A program made the position numbers and the translations under genes. Under the pieces are notes generated by a model. The model was not told the DNA's origin and did not search any database. It worked only from the letters and a program-made list of their open reading frames with translations. This document shows, in pieces, positions 12,400 to 25,129 of a DNA stretch of 64,000 bases. Source of the stretch: Camelus dromedarius (taxonomy: Eukaryota); NCBI RefSeq assembly GCF_036321535.1, contig NC_087437.1, positions 70,310,001 to 70,374,000 of the forward strand, read 5' to 3'. Each line of letters opens with the position of its first letter. Positions within the stretch are counted from its first letter, which is position 1.

Positions 12400-13295
12400 A
12401 ATTATACATACTATGTTGGTCTGTCTGTTCATATATACTATTATTGCATTATGTTAATTATAGAAGTTGTAGAGCATATTTTAATATCTGAAGTGTTAGC
12501 TTCCCACTGCATCCCCACCATTGCTCTTCTTTTTCAGGGTTTTTGTAACTTTTCTTGCTTATTTGTTATTCCAAATGAGCTTTATAATCAACTAGCAGAC
12601 TTCAAGGGAAAAAAAAACTGACGTTGTTTTATTGGAATTATGATAAATTCATAAATTGACATAGGGACAATTAATATCTTTATGAAATTGAGTCTTCTTA
12701 TCCAAGGTCTTACTTTATGCCTCCATTTGTTAAATAACTTTTTTTTTCAGTTCTTTTTTTATTGAAGTATAGTCAGTTTACAGAGTGTCAATTTCTGGTG
12801 TACAGCATAATGTTTCAGTCAAATGTACACATACATATACTTATTTTCATATTCTTTTTCATTATAGGTTACTACAAGATATTGAATATAGTTCCCTGTG
12901 CTATACAGAAGAAGCTTGTTGTGTATCTATTTTACATATAGTAGTTAGTATCTGCAAATCTCAAATTCCTAATTTATCCCTTCCCACCCTCTTCCCCCCC
13001 CCCCGGTAACTGGTAATCATAAGTTGTTAAATAACTTTTGTGTCTTTCAAAAGTGTTGTACAGTTTTTCCTACAGAGGTTCTAAACATTTGCTACTAAGG
13101 TTACTCCTCAGTACTCTATTCATTTGTTTATTTAATTGCTTATTTACTTTTTTTTTACATACTCACTATCCCAAACTTACTATCTTATTCTTTTCCATAA
13201 TATTTTCTGACTTTTTTTTGTTTCTGTATGGGAAGGCTATTTATTTTGTATGTTAATTTTGCAAACTCCCACTTCACAAAATTCTCTTACTGTTT
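12400..13295 (-). mobile_element. Ancient L1M (L1ME-like) ORF2 remnant, interrupted by a younger L1 3' end
   Basis: Degenerate antisense ORF2 (ttggaattatgataaattcataaattg...ttgagtcttcttatccaag and ttttgtatgttaattttg) on both sides of the TSD-flanked insert. Confidence 0.6.
12743..13023 (-). mobile_element. Short lineage-specific L1 3' end with perfect 16-bp TSD
   Basis: TTGTTAAATAACTTTT at 12727-12742 and 13024-13039, a poly(T) tail, and 3'UTR similar to 56420-56705. Confidence 0.95.
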
Positions 13296-13299
13296 GTGG

Positions 13300-13500
13300 T
13301 AACGTGAGGTGGGTTTGAGCTCCCATTCTATTCTTGAGCTCCCATCTGTGAGACCGTGGACAAATTATTCTGAGCCACTTTACTTTCCTATGAAGTTCAA
13401 ATAAGAAAACCAAACTCCCAGAGTGGTGGAGACTAAATGAATATAGTAAAGCACCTAATATTTTGCCCAGCATGTAGTAGGGACTCAGTTACTGATATCC
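13300..13500 (+). mobile_element. MIR SINE
   Basis: gggtttgag...ctgtgagaccgtggacaaattattctgagcc...aaatgaatatagtaaagcacct...gtagtagggactcag. Confidence 0.7.
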
Positions 13501-14289
13501 ATTAATAATGTAATGTATTGTGGTATGACATGATGTAATATTATCACTATTTTTCTTCTGTGTGTGTGTGTGTGTGTGCACGTATTTTTTTCCTTTCAGT
13601 TTTACTGAGATACACTTAAGTAGTAGTAGTATTCTTAAAGTATGGCTAATATGCTATTGAATTACTGAAGGTTTATTGTATCAGAGTTTTTATTACAAGA
13701 ATGGAGAGAATTAAAGAAATGGAAAAAACTTAAATTTCCTGATAAACCTTTGTGATTTAAGACACTAGGGGCTGAAGATTTAATTATGAACTTAGCATAT
13801 TTTGTAGCTGTGCACATATGTTTTCATTATTTCTGTTTTAGTTGTGATTACTGCATGCAAAACTCCTTAACTCTAGAGAGTAAGTGGAGGGAACTTCTTG
13901 ATCATCTAGAGTGATTATTCAAAGCAATTCACGGAGTGCAGTGATTCTAGCCCTTGTTAACAATATAAGAGGATGTGAGCATCTAATTTAAAGTCCTGTA
14001 ACCATTATTTTCTGCTTTAAGAATCTGGCAACTTTACTACATTTTCTTAGTAAACAATGTACTAACTTGCAAATAAGCTTGTGTAGAGTAGATATTGAGC
14101 ATATATGAACTCATGATGGTATTGACATAAGCAGAATGATAGTGGTTTCTAACCCATAACACTTGTGATTAAGTTGATGAAAAAACAATAAATGATAAAA
14201 AAAATATAGTCCCATGATTTTTAAGCTTCTGCTGTAATTCAATAAAATGGTTATGAACTTTGCAAATACACTCTTTTAAGGCATCTGAC

Positions 14290-14445
14290 ACTGTTGTTAA
14301 AAATTGAGATTACCCTCATTTCAGGACTCATCTTATTCCTACCTCATGAGTGTTGTGAGGGTTAAGTGAGATAATGCACTGGCATTATAATGCCATTAAT
14401 AATAATGATAATGCAGGTGCCTGGCTGATGGTAAGTGTTTGAACA
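14290..14445 (+). mobile_element. MIR SINE fragment
   Basis: cctacctcatgagtgttgtgagggttaagtgagataatgca...gtgcctggctgatggtaagtg. Confidence 0.75.
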
Positions 14446-14914
14446 TAGTAGTTTATTTTATTGCTATTATTTTGTTACTACCTTTGCCGTTGTCTACTCC
14501 CACAGAGTATATATAGAATATGTATATATATAGTCTTACTAGTAATGTTCTATTATATAAATAAATATATTCTTATATGTATATTATAAATATATATATT
14601 CTTACTAGTAGTATTCTATGCTTAGGACAAATGTGTGAAATGTATCTCATAATGGTCATAAAAATAAATATAAAATAATACAGCTATAATTCACCAATAT
14701 TGAACTTAGTAAGGGTGAAGTAAGACTCCATCACTGGAGCATGTGAAAGCTTTAGTTGCTCATGGATGAAATTTCTGAGGAGCTGCAAGGTTGAAGAATA
14801 CTTTCTCTCAAAGAATTATAGGTACATTTTGTCCACAGTTTAGAGATTCCCAGAGTTCTGGTTTAGCACTCAGTGTCATTACTCCCCCACAGCCTCATAG
14901 TGCTCCTTTGTCCA

Positions 14915-15560
14915 TCCATTCATATGGAAAACAACATAGAGTATCTATTAGGTATAAAATGTGGTTCTAGGGTGTTAGATATACAAATAGCAAGATTACT
15001 TAGATGAACTGTCTCTGTTCAAGAAGTCTAGTAGGCTATTCAAACAGGAAACAATTAGGTTATATGCAAGGACTTTGGAATCAGATTATTCAGTTTGAAT
15101 TTCTGCTCTGAAATTTACTAGTTGTGTAACTTTAGGTGAGTTATTTACCTATCTGTGTTTCCGTTTTCTTACCTACAAGATGAGGCTGAAAATAGTACCT
15201 ACTATATAGGATTGTCCTGAGAATTAAATGATTCGGCTCATGTGCAGCATTTAGAGCAATAACATAATAAGCTCTTAATAAATGTTGGTTAACATTAATG
15301 TAATTATTAGATAAAGCAAAATAAAATTAGTGCCACAAAACAATAAAAACAAAGTAATACAGTATTATAGAGCATGATAATACTGATTTTTACTGTGGGT
15401 GGGGGCAATGGAATTAGGGGAGTTTTCTAGGATGAAGTAATGTTTAAACTGAAACCTTGATACATAATTTCTACAGGGCTAGGGAAAAATGAAGGGGTAG
15501 GGCTGAACTAATTTCTAGGCTGAGTGAATAGTCTTAGCAATGCTTTAAAGGTGGTAGAGA
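14915..15560 (-). mobile_element. L2 fragments interrupted by a MIR
   Basis: catccattcat...gtatctattagg...ctgtctctgttcaagaagtctagtagg and ttttctaggatgaagtaatgtttaaactgaaacctt are antisense L2 3' end. Confidence 0.55.
15060..15295 (+). mobile_element. MIR SINE, near full length
   Basis: ggactttggaatcaga...ttactagttgtgtaactttaggtgagttatttacctatctgtgtttccgttttcttacctac...gagaattaaatga. Confidence 0.9.
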
Positions 15561-15759
15561 AGTAAAAGGAAAAACTTCTTGGACTTTGCAGTCAGAAAAA
15601 CTCTTAGCTGAAGCCCAGATCTACTCCTTATTAGCCTTGTGGTCCAAGGCAAGGCAGGCTCTATTTCGTTTCTTCCTCCCTCACATGGGGTCTGGTAACT
15701 CTCTCTAGGCAGTTAGCTATAGCAGTTGTGGGGCTGATATTGTCATGGGCTTCCTGTTT

Positions 15760-15858
15760 TCCAATGTCTGTAAACCATTATTTTGTCTAGTTTTTAGTTG
15801 TTTAAGGCAGGAGGCTAAGTCCTGTTTCTGTTACTCCATCATTTATAGAAGCAGAGGG
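15760..15858 (-). mobile_element. Old L1 (L1M4/L1MC-like) 5' end fragment
   Basis: tagttgtttaaggcaggaggctaagtcctgtttctgttactccatcatttatagaagcaga resembles the reverse L1M 5' terminus. Confidence 0.5.
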
Positions 15859-15879
15859 CCAACGTATTACTTTCACTTT

Positions 15880-16405
15880 TCTACTCACTGAGTTTGAAAC
15901 TTATCTAATTCTGTTAGCACCCTGTTGTTAGTTACCGTTTTTGTACTCACTGCACTGTTTTACAATTTTTAGTTTACTGCCTCTTCACTGTACTGGCTTC
16001 TTTGAGAATAGGGACCATGTCTGGTTCGTCTTTATCTCCACTACCAACCCACTACTATGGAGTCCGGAACATAGCAGGCAGTTACTGGATATCTTTTACA
16101 TTCAATTTAATTACTGCAAATTGTAGTTTAGTTCCATACTGTGAAAGACTTTGAATGGTTTATTCAGTAAACCACCCAGGATTTTTGAGGAGATGAAGGA
16201 AATTCCTTGAGGCTTTTTTTTTTTTTAAGAAGATAACTCTAGAAACATAAAGATGGATGGCAGAGGTTAGAGGATGAAATTGCCTAGATTTCTTAGGATT
16301 CTAGACAATAATAATGGGAGGAAAAATAGCGTTAACAGGATCTGGTGGTTGTTTGGATGGGTGCTGGTAAAAGGGATGGTGAGAAAAATGATGACTCAGG
16401 TTTTC
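15880..16405. mobile_element. L2 fragments (plus about 15880-16100, minus about 16130-16405)
   Basis: ctttgagaatagggaccatgtctggttcgtctttatctcc...gaacatagcagg, then aggatctggtggttgtttggatggg...aatgatgactcaggtttt. Confidence 0.55.
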
Positions 16406-17364
16406 AAAATTAGTTCCTTTAGAATGAAATACTAGGTTCTTTTGTCTTCTTTGGCACCCCAGTGAAGGATTTTAGTATAAAAATTCACAATGTAAAGAAG
16501 TAATTAATGGTAGGAATTTATCTAAATAGCTTTAGTTTGTTACTAGAATAAAACTTGAATTTAAAATATTTTATAATTTTTAAGGGAAAATGAATTGTGG
16601 GTTTTATATTATTACTTAAGGATAACTCTCTATTGTCCTACAAATATCACTGTCTCTCTTTACATACATTTTTCCTCACTATAATCCCTCTTCTTTGGAC
16701 ACTATATCTACATATGTATGTATGTCAATTTCCCTGTTAATGTTTAGGTTTTTCTGAAGGGCTGCTTCTTTTAGTCTTTAGAATATGTTGGTAATGGACT
16801 CAGGGCTAAAAGTTCATTTTATCCAGTTGGGTGGGATAGTGCCTGTAGAAGGACCTAGAGTGAGAATTATTTTTCTCAGCTACATTTCAACTTTGTTTTT
16901 GTAGTATCAATTTTCATCCAAATTGACTTCTCTTTTTAAGAGAAGCTAGAAGAGTGCTGTGTAGAAGCCATGGTAGAAGTGGGGAAATGAGAAACATTCA
17001 AACAATTATGGAAAACCTCTAATGTCAAACATTTATGTGTAAAATACAATAGTAGCAATTTGAAAAGTTAAAACACTTGTAGCAAGAACTCATTTACAGT
17101 GGTCTTAAGGACATTAATTAGAACTAATGGATTGAATATGTGGAAAGGAAATTTTTCTCCCAGTGATTTCTGTCCACTCAGTCCTCCAAGGAAGTAATAC
17201 TTCTTGTAATGTGTGATCTAACCTGAGAAGAATGACACAGTGTTTGAATCAACAATAACATCCTGACAAGGTAGGGGAATATTTTTGATACTTCATTCCA
17301 TTTCTCATTTTAGTTTCTTATGTACACTATTGTTACTGCTGTTATAGAGAATGATACAGACAAT

Positions 17365-17550
17365 GACTAGCATTTATTGAATTACCCTTTTTGCTGGTAA
17401 CTGAACTAGAAGGTAAATATTATCTTATTCTTCACAACAGCCTCACAAGACAGATATTTATATTTTATCAATGAAAATTCTAAGGCTAAATTATATTAAG
17501 TAACTTCCATAAAGCTACACATCTAGTTATGGCTGAGTTATTTGGAATCA
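17365..17550 (-). mobile_element. MIR SINE
   Basis: tagcatttattgaattac...attcttcacaacagcctc...aagtaacttccataaagctacacatctagt. Confidence 0.7.
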
Positions 17551-19299
17551 GTGGTATAATAAGTAAAAATAGATTGCTAAGTCTAATGTGTGTACTGTTA
17601 TGTGCAATGAAAGGAGTTTCTCACTTTCCTCCTGTAAACAGAGGAAGGCGAGCTTTTTGGAACAGGAGTGGAAAACGGCTAAGGAGGGCAGGCAATTATT
17701 TGTGTTTCTGACTGGAGTCAGTTTATCAGGGAAGGCCAGTGCCTCACTGCGTCATGTTTCCCCAAAGCTCTAGGTGCTGCTTTTGGCACTACTTCAGAGA
17801 GTGATGTCCAGGGCCACTGAAAAACTGCATTATGCCTTGCTGAGGCCAGTTGAGGGGCCAGGAGCAATGGTGACTGCAGGGGAAGTTCTTATAACTTTTA
17901 ACTCTATTTGGAACACCTTTTGTGGGCAGACTTAGTGCAGCTATTGAAGACTGTTAGAGCCCATGGGACCCAATGCCATGTAATGAGGGTCACATCAGTT
18001 TCACCACTGATCTGACCTCAGAGTCTGCTAACCAGTGTGTTATTTTGTATAACAAGCATATTATTCAGTGTACTTGCATCAATTGCAGAAAAACCCAACA
18101 CCTATCCCTGTATACAGTTTTAAACTCCAAAGTGACTTTGAGCTCCAGTCCAGAGAAAGAAACTACTTGTTACATAATATGATCTCTTACTATAAATGAG
18201 GAACTCCCAAATGTATAATCAATTAGAAATTGTCTGTTTCTTTTCAAGGCAAAAATATTCACATCTGGGTGAGTTGCAGCGATTAAAACAAACAAACCAA
18301 CCCTTATTCTTCCAAGTTCCACTGTAAAGAAGTCTAGTTATTTGCCTTAGTTTCAAAAGAATAATTCCTAAAGTGTTTCAAATGTCCGACTGGCTATTCT
18401 CTTTGGAAGCTTCTTTCTCATCCTCATGGTACATCCCTTTGGCATGCATGACCAGCTGCAAGCTAAACCCAGTGGAATAAGAATTCTTTCATCCCTTTGT
18501 GTGATGTGTTTCATTTTCAGAGTTTGGATGATCCTCTTCGGCAGCAGCAGCAGGCATTGTTAGTTTCAATAGGCGGCCTGGATGCACAAGAACAGTCATC
18601 ATAGAGACAGGCTCTCAGGGCCCGTCCCTTCGTGCCATAGTGCTGTGTTAGATCACTTTCCCCTGCTGGATTAATGGCCAGAGAAAAAGAGAAACAAACT
18701 TTCCCCAAGCAATCCAATTAAAGTACTTGAACTTTACTGAGGTCCATCCTATTGTTTTTTTTAACTTCCTAACCTGTGGTTAATTAACTACTCTGACCAG
18801 TAGAAAGGAATAGGATAAATAAGAGAATTATCTCAAATTTGCGATTTTCTTTAGTTTGAAAAGGCATCAGCATTTTGTTATATAAGATGAAATAATAATC
18901 TGTGTTTGGTATAGTTGAACTTTTTTGAGGGGTTGAACTTTCTATCTTTCCTGTAATATTTTCACCAAAGTCACTGCCAGAACTTATTGTATGAAACTGC
19001 TCAGCCTTTACAAATTTATCTCTGTTCACAGTCTACGGTTCAGCATTAGCTCATTCTGAGCACTGTGGCTTCCTTGAATCTCCAATTGATCCCACTCCCA
19101 TGACTGTGATATTCTTTTCCAGGTTAATCAAGGATGCTCTATTTCTGCTCTGTCATCCATGCCACTGTTAGTAGGAAAGTAATTTAGGCTTTTGGCTCTC
19201 AGCCTCATCATTTGTGAATTGACCTCCCCTGACTCTGAAGTTCTATGTTCAAAATACGAGCTAGGATTTCCAATAACACTAACTTATATGTGTATGATG

Positions 19300-19495
19300 A
19301 CCAATAGTTTGCAGAGTGTGTTCATATATTTTATTTTATATAATTCTGACCATAATTTTGTGAGAGGGAGAGAACAAGTTATTATTGTCTCCTTTTTTAG
19401 ATACAGAGACTGCAGCTCAGGGAGGTGAAGTGCCGTATCCCACATTAATAAATAGTAACTAATTGATCCTGAACTTTAAATTCAGGGTTTTACCC
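19300..19495 (-). mobile_element. MIR SINE
   Basis: attattgtctccttttttagatacagagactgcagctcagggaggtgaagtgcc. Confidence 0.7.
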
Positions 19496-19857
19496 ACATA
19501 AAATGATGGTTTCCTCTGGTAGGAGGTTTCTTTCTTAAAGTCTGAGTTTCTTCATTTATTAATTATACATATAAATGTATGTGAGTATGTATGTTCATGC
19601 TTTGGGAAAGGGCTTTGTTATACTTAATTGAGTTTGGGATGGAATTTTATGACTTTAGTTTTTATCAGTGAAGGAGTCTCCTAGGATTTCAATTTAAGAA
19701 AGATAAGAAGGAATGCATTACATTTCTACTGTAGAATGTTGGTGTTATTGTAAACCCTTCTATCAAATTTGATTGTATTTTTCAACTTAAAGCCATTCTG
19801 CTAGAAACCTAATATAGTTATTAAGTAGTATTCTTTGTAATTAGGGAAGACATGAAT

Positions 19858-20455
19858 ATAGTAGAAGCCCTCTTTGCCACTCCCTGCTTCAGGCCAATGA
19901 GAAACTGAAATATCGTTTCTGTTTATCTGTTTACCTGCTGATTTGCTTACCTAGAGTCATTTGTGTTTGTTTTCAAATTTGTTTATGCCCGTTGAAGGTG
20001 CAAATGTAATTTAACTATGCAAACTGGTGAAATATGAGTAAAAAAAGTATAAATGGTTGTTTCTTTTATGAAATTTAAGTTGACTGCTTTGGAAAGACTT
20101 TTTAAGGGTGAATCACTTAAAAAGGAGCGCTTAAATAGGTGTGGCTAGACAGCAATGAAAGATCACTTGGGGCAGGGATAGGGGATGAATGTAAAAGTTT
20201 GGAAGGATCCCGCATTCAAGCTTGTTTTGCAAGTCTCTTTAAGCACTCACTGACTTTAAATAAACCAAAGCCTTTAAACTCTCACTGACTTTAAGTAGAT
20301 GATACATTGTGGTACAGTTTAAGCAGGAAGAATAATGTGTTTAGCAGATCGAGAGTCAATGACAATCCTTGATCCAATATCAAAAGATTGGTCAATCCAT
20401 ATAAAGTTTTGTTTTAACTTTACATAAACTAAACATGTTTAAATTGCTTTAAACA
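19858..20455 (+). mobile_element. TcMar-Tigger DNA transposon fossil
   Basis: 20068-20124 translates MKFKLTALERLFKGESLKK, resembling the CENP-B/Tigger N-terminal HTH. The element starts with a tagtagaagccctct TIR-like sequence. Confidence 0.65.
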
Positions 20456-20459
20456 ACTG

Positions 20460-20600
20460 CTTTCTATGTCTCATTATTCTGTATAAAATGAGGATAAAAA
20501 CAGTTTTACCTAACAAGGATCTTTTTGAGTTCATGAAGATTAAATGTGATAATACATGCACAGCACAAGTACTAAAAATGGTAGCTATCATCATCATCAT
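20460..20600 (+). mobile_element. MIR SINE fragment
   Basis: ctgtataaaatgaggataaaaacagttttacc...tgaagattaaatgtgataatacatg...aaatggtagctatcatc. Confidence 0.75.
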
Positions 20601-22465
20601 CATTAACAAAATTGTCCTCCCCTTCCTCCACCTCTTCCTCCACCTCCTTCTCCTCATTCGAGTTTAATCTGCTGAAAGGCTTGTGTATACATATTAAAAA
20701 CACAGTCTTCTAGATCACTGCTGCCAGCTATTGGAATATTTTAGTAGCAAAACATAATAGTTCTGTTTGGATTGGCAGTGCAACTATCCATTTCCTACCC
20801 CTACCCCGCCTTTTTTTTTCTTCAGGATTTATGAGAAGAGGAAGTTTGACTGTAACTACCTGTTCTCAGAAAATGCTGAGACCTGAAATTGTACATAAGA
20901 CATAAGTAAAAGGGCTAGGTGTAGTCTCAGCTAAAGACTATCCAAAGGATTGAGATGTGGAGAGTTTGAGGTGTATTGATGTTGTGTGGAAAGCTGACAA
21001 GCACCTGCCCACATTGAACCAAGATGTTTCTCTACGTAGTTCTCTCACAATTGTAAATAGAGGACAAACAAAGGAAAAGAAAAAAAAAATCTTGACTTCA
21101 AAACAAAATAAAACAAACAAACAAAAACCCTGGTAGCTAAACTCAAATCATTTATGAGGTAGTCAAATACCGATTGTAAGGGTAAGCATTGTACTGTATG
21201 CCTTCAGTTTCTAACGCTTCTGCTCACTGGTAGGTTACAGGTGTTTATTACTGAATCCACATTTAGAAACTGCTTTTTGGAAGAGAATTAAATCTTTACC
21301 TTCTTTCTTTCTGAATGTTGGCCTACACATTTTCATATCATTTTACATCCTGTTGTCTTACCTAATAATGTGCTCCTCATAGAAAAGAGGTTCAAACTCC
21401 AGGGTCAGAGATGATACCAACACTGCTGATAGTTTCCTCCTGGGCTTGGGTGTTATAATGGTTGATTCAGTGCCAGAGGCGTGGGAATGAATGCACTGTC
21501 AACTAGTTCTTTATTATTACTGTTATTCGAATAAGTGATGTTATTCATCTCCTGTAGATTACTTGCATGGCATGTCCAGTCCACAATTTAAAAAACTAAA
21601 GCAAATAGGTAGCAAAGTGGAATTTAAGACATTTTCCAAAGCTGAAAAAAAAATTAAATGGTACAATCTAAAGTTACTAAGTACCCTCTTCTGTCCTTAA
21701 ACAGTACAAGTATCACCATTGGTCACTTTCTATGCCTATCATGGAATTCAGGTCTATTCGTTTTTCATATTGTAGTCCATCCTTGGTTGCCATAAAACTT
21801 TTAGATAGAAGAAATATTGCCTTTCTACTTCATGGCTCATTATAGCATTGGGATTACTTCAGCTCATACAACATACATTTTCCTACCCATTAATATTATT
21901 CAAATTTCTCCTCTACTCTGTCTTTCCTGTGCTTTTATTTCAGTCACTTTATGTCCTATCAGTTTTGGCTGTCCTCAGCCTTTTGCCCTCAGATGTGTCT
22001 TCACATTTTTTTCTTTGCTTTTCAGTATGTCAGCATTTGTTACCATGTATCCCTCTTTCTAACCTATGCTTTTATTCCTCAGTTCATTGATTTAAATTTC
22101 ACCCATTTTTTTTCTTTAGCTACACCATTTCCTTAGTTATTTTGATTGAGGACAACAGTGGAATTTATAAAAACTTGGTAGTACCCCAGAAAATAGCAGT
22201 TTTTATACTGATGTACAATAGCCTAAGCTTTCAGACGTCTACCTAGTGAAGATCTACCCATTATATCCTTTTGTTATGCAGGATATTTTTAAGGAGGCAG
22301 GATTCAAGAGAATTTCTTTTTCATATGAAATTCCTGTTACTCAACGTGATATGTAGAACCCCTTGCTAAGCACCTTTCTAGTAATAGAAAAGAGCCGATC
22401 TTAGTTTGGATATGTTCAGAGTGCTCTGTCTTTGACTATATCCCTGAGGCTGTCCCTTAATATTT

Positions 22466-25129
22466 TATTTTGTTTTATTTCATTTTATTTAATTTTATTT
22501 TTCCCCAGTTTTATTGAGATATAAGTGACATTCAGCATTGTATATGTGTAAGGTATACAGCACAATATATGACTTACATACATCTTGAAATGAACACCAT
22601 AATAAATTTAGCAAACATCCATCATCTCATACAGATACAAAAGAAAAAAATTATTCCCTGTGATGAGAACTCAGTATTTACTCTCTTAACAACTTTCATA
22701 CATAATATACAGCAGTGTTATTTATTTCAATCATGTTTTATGTATATTACATCCGTAGTACTTACTTATCTTGTAACTGCTAGTTTATACCTTTTGACCA
22801 CCTACATCCAGTTCTGCTCCCACCACCCCCCACCTTTGATAACTACAAATTTGATCTCTTTTTCTGCAAGTTTATTTACTTATTTATTTAGGAAGTGTAA
22901 TTGATCTACAACCCTACATTACTTCTTGGCACACGATATAGTAATTTGATATTTCTATACATTACAAAATGATCACTGTGATTAGTCTAGTTACCATCTG
23001 TCACCATTGAAAAATACTACATTATTATTGACTATATTCCCCATGCTGTACATTTCATCCCCATGACTCATTTATTTTGTAACTGGAAGTTTGTACCTCT
23101 TAATCTCCCTCACCTATTTCTTTCCTCCCCCCTTACCCCTCCGTCTCTGGCAACCACCTGTTTGTTCTTTGTATCTGTGACTCTGTTTCTGTTCTGTTAT
23201 GTTTATATATTTGTTTTGTTTTTTAGATTCCACACATAAGTGAAATCATACAGTATTTGTCTTTCTCTGACTTATTTCACTTAGCATAATACACCCTAGG
23301 TCCATCCATGTTGTCACAAATGGCAGGATTTCATTTTTTAATGGCTTAATATTCAGCCACTCTACATCTTTTGATTGGAGCATTTAGTTCATTTACATTT
23401 AAAGTAATTATTAATAGATATGTACTTACTGATATTTCGTTAGTTGTTTTCTGATTGTTTTTGTAATTCTTTTTTGTCACTTTCTTCTTTTGCTTTCTTC
23501 CCTTGTGATTTGATGACTATCTTTAGTGTTATGTTTGGGTTCCTTTCTCTTCTTTATCTGTGTATCTATTACAGATTTTTGGCTTGTGGTTATGTGAATA
23601 ACAATATATATGATTATTTTAAGTTGATAATCTATTAAGTTCAAACGCATTTTTAATCCCCTTCCCACATTTAATGTTTTTGACATCATAGTTTACATCT
23701 TTTTGTTTTGTGTATCCTTTAGCTACTTATTGTGGATATAGATGATTTTATTATTTTAGTCTTTTAACCTTCCTGCCAGCTTTATAAATGGTTGATATAC
23801 TACAATTATTGTATGTTTGCCTTTACCAGTGAGATTTGTCCTTTCATAATTTTCATATTTTCAGTTGTGGCCTTTTCTTTTCCACTTAGAGAAGTCTCTT
23901 TAATATTTCTTGTTAAGATGGTTTAGTGGTGCTGAACTCACAACTATTGCTTATCTGTAAAACTCTTTATCTCTCCCTGAAATTTGAATGATAACCATGC
24001 AGAGTAGAGTATTCATCACTTCACTAATTATTTTTTTTTCATCACTTTAAATATAATGTACCACTCCCTTCTGGCTTGTAAAGTTTCTGCTGGAAAGTCA
24101 GCTGACAGTCCTATGGGAGTTCCTTTGTATAGAACTACTTGCTTTTCTCTTGCTGCTTTTAATATTCTCTGTCTTTAATTTTTACCATTTTAATTACAGT
24201 GTGTCTTGGTGTGAATCTGTTTGGTTTGATCTTGTTTAGAACTCTGTGGGCTTCCTGGACCTAGATTTCTGTTTTCTTTCCTAGGTTACGGAAGTTTTCA
24301 GCTACTATTGTTTCAAATAGGTTCTCTGCCGTTATTTTTCTCTTCTCCTTCTGGGACCCTTATAATGCCATTGTTTAGTATGCTTGATGTTGTCTCAGAG
24401 GTCTCTTAGACTGTCTATTTTTTTTTAATTCTTTTTAATTTTTTTCTGTTTGGCTTGGGTGATTTTTCACTACTCTGTCTTTCAGTTTGCTGATTCATTC
24501 CTCTTTATCATCTAATCTACAGCTGATTCCTTCTAGTATATTTTGTATTTCATTTATTTTATTCTTCAGCTCTGTTTGGTACTTCTTTGTATTTTGTAAC
24601 TCTTTGTTCCACTGTGTTTATTCATTTTTCTACTGTGTTTATCCATTCTTCTCCAGAGTTCTTGAGCATCTTTAAGATCATTACCTTGAATTCTTTATCA
24701 GATAGATTGCTTATCTCTACTTACTTTGCTTAGTTATTTCTTCTGGGGTTTTATCTTTTTCCTTTGTTTGAAACATATTCCTCTATCTCCTCATTTTGCT
24801 TAATTCTCTGTTTATTTTTATGTATTAGGTAAGTCAGTTACAGTTCTCAATCTTGGAGAAGTGGGCTTTTGGAGGAGACATCCTTTGAGGCCCAGCAGCA
24901 CACTCCCTTCTGGTCACCAGGGCTCTATGATTTAAGGGTACCCCAATGTGGGCTGAGTGGGCCATTCTCTTGTGATGAGACCAACTACTGTGGTTGCACT
25001 GGTAGGCAGGACTTGCCCCTAGCCTGTTTGGCTGCCAGGCTCTGCCTCTTACTGAGGCTACCTGCCACAGGTGGATGAAGCCAGGTCACAGCACAGCTGG
25101 CTCAGGGGCCCAGGGTCCCCACTGGTGCA
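22466..25129 (-). mobile_element. LINE-1 with almost all of ORF2 deleted (partial 5'UTR, decayed ORF1, spacer, first ~29 ORF2 codons, ORF2 end and 3'UTR)
   Basis: 3'UTR and ORF2 end at 22466-23354 join directly to the ORF2 N-terminus (23351-23440, homologous to 47890-47977). ORF1 remnant lies at about 23885-24795. Degenerate TSD at 22452-22465 / 25130-25143 (11/14). Confidence 0.9.

Noticed and set aside
17716..17729. 12-nt resemblance to miR-599 (GTCAGTTTATCA)
   Set aside because: Flanks do not match and there is no precursor hairpin.
20246..20294. 14-bp direct repeat CTCACTGACTTTAA
   Set aside because: A local duplication inside a Tigger fossil. Two copies only, not CRISPR-like.
22500..23310. 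Apparently doubled L1 3'UTR
   Set aside because: Recalled as a normal duplicated 3'UTR structure of this laurasiatherian L1 lineage rather than two insertions.
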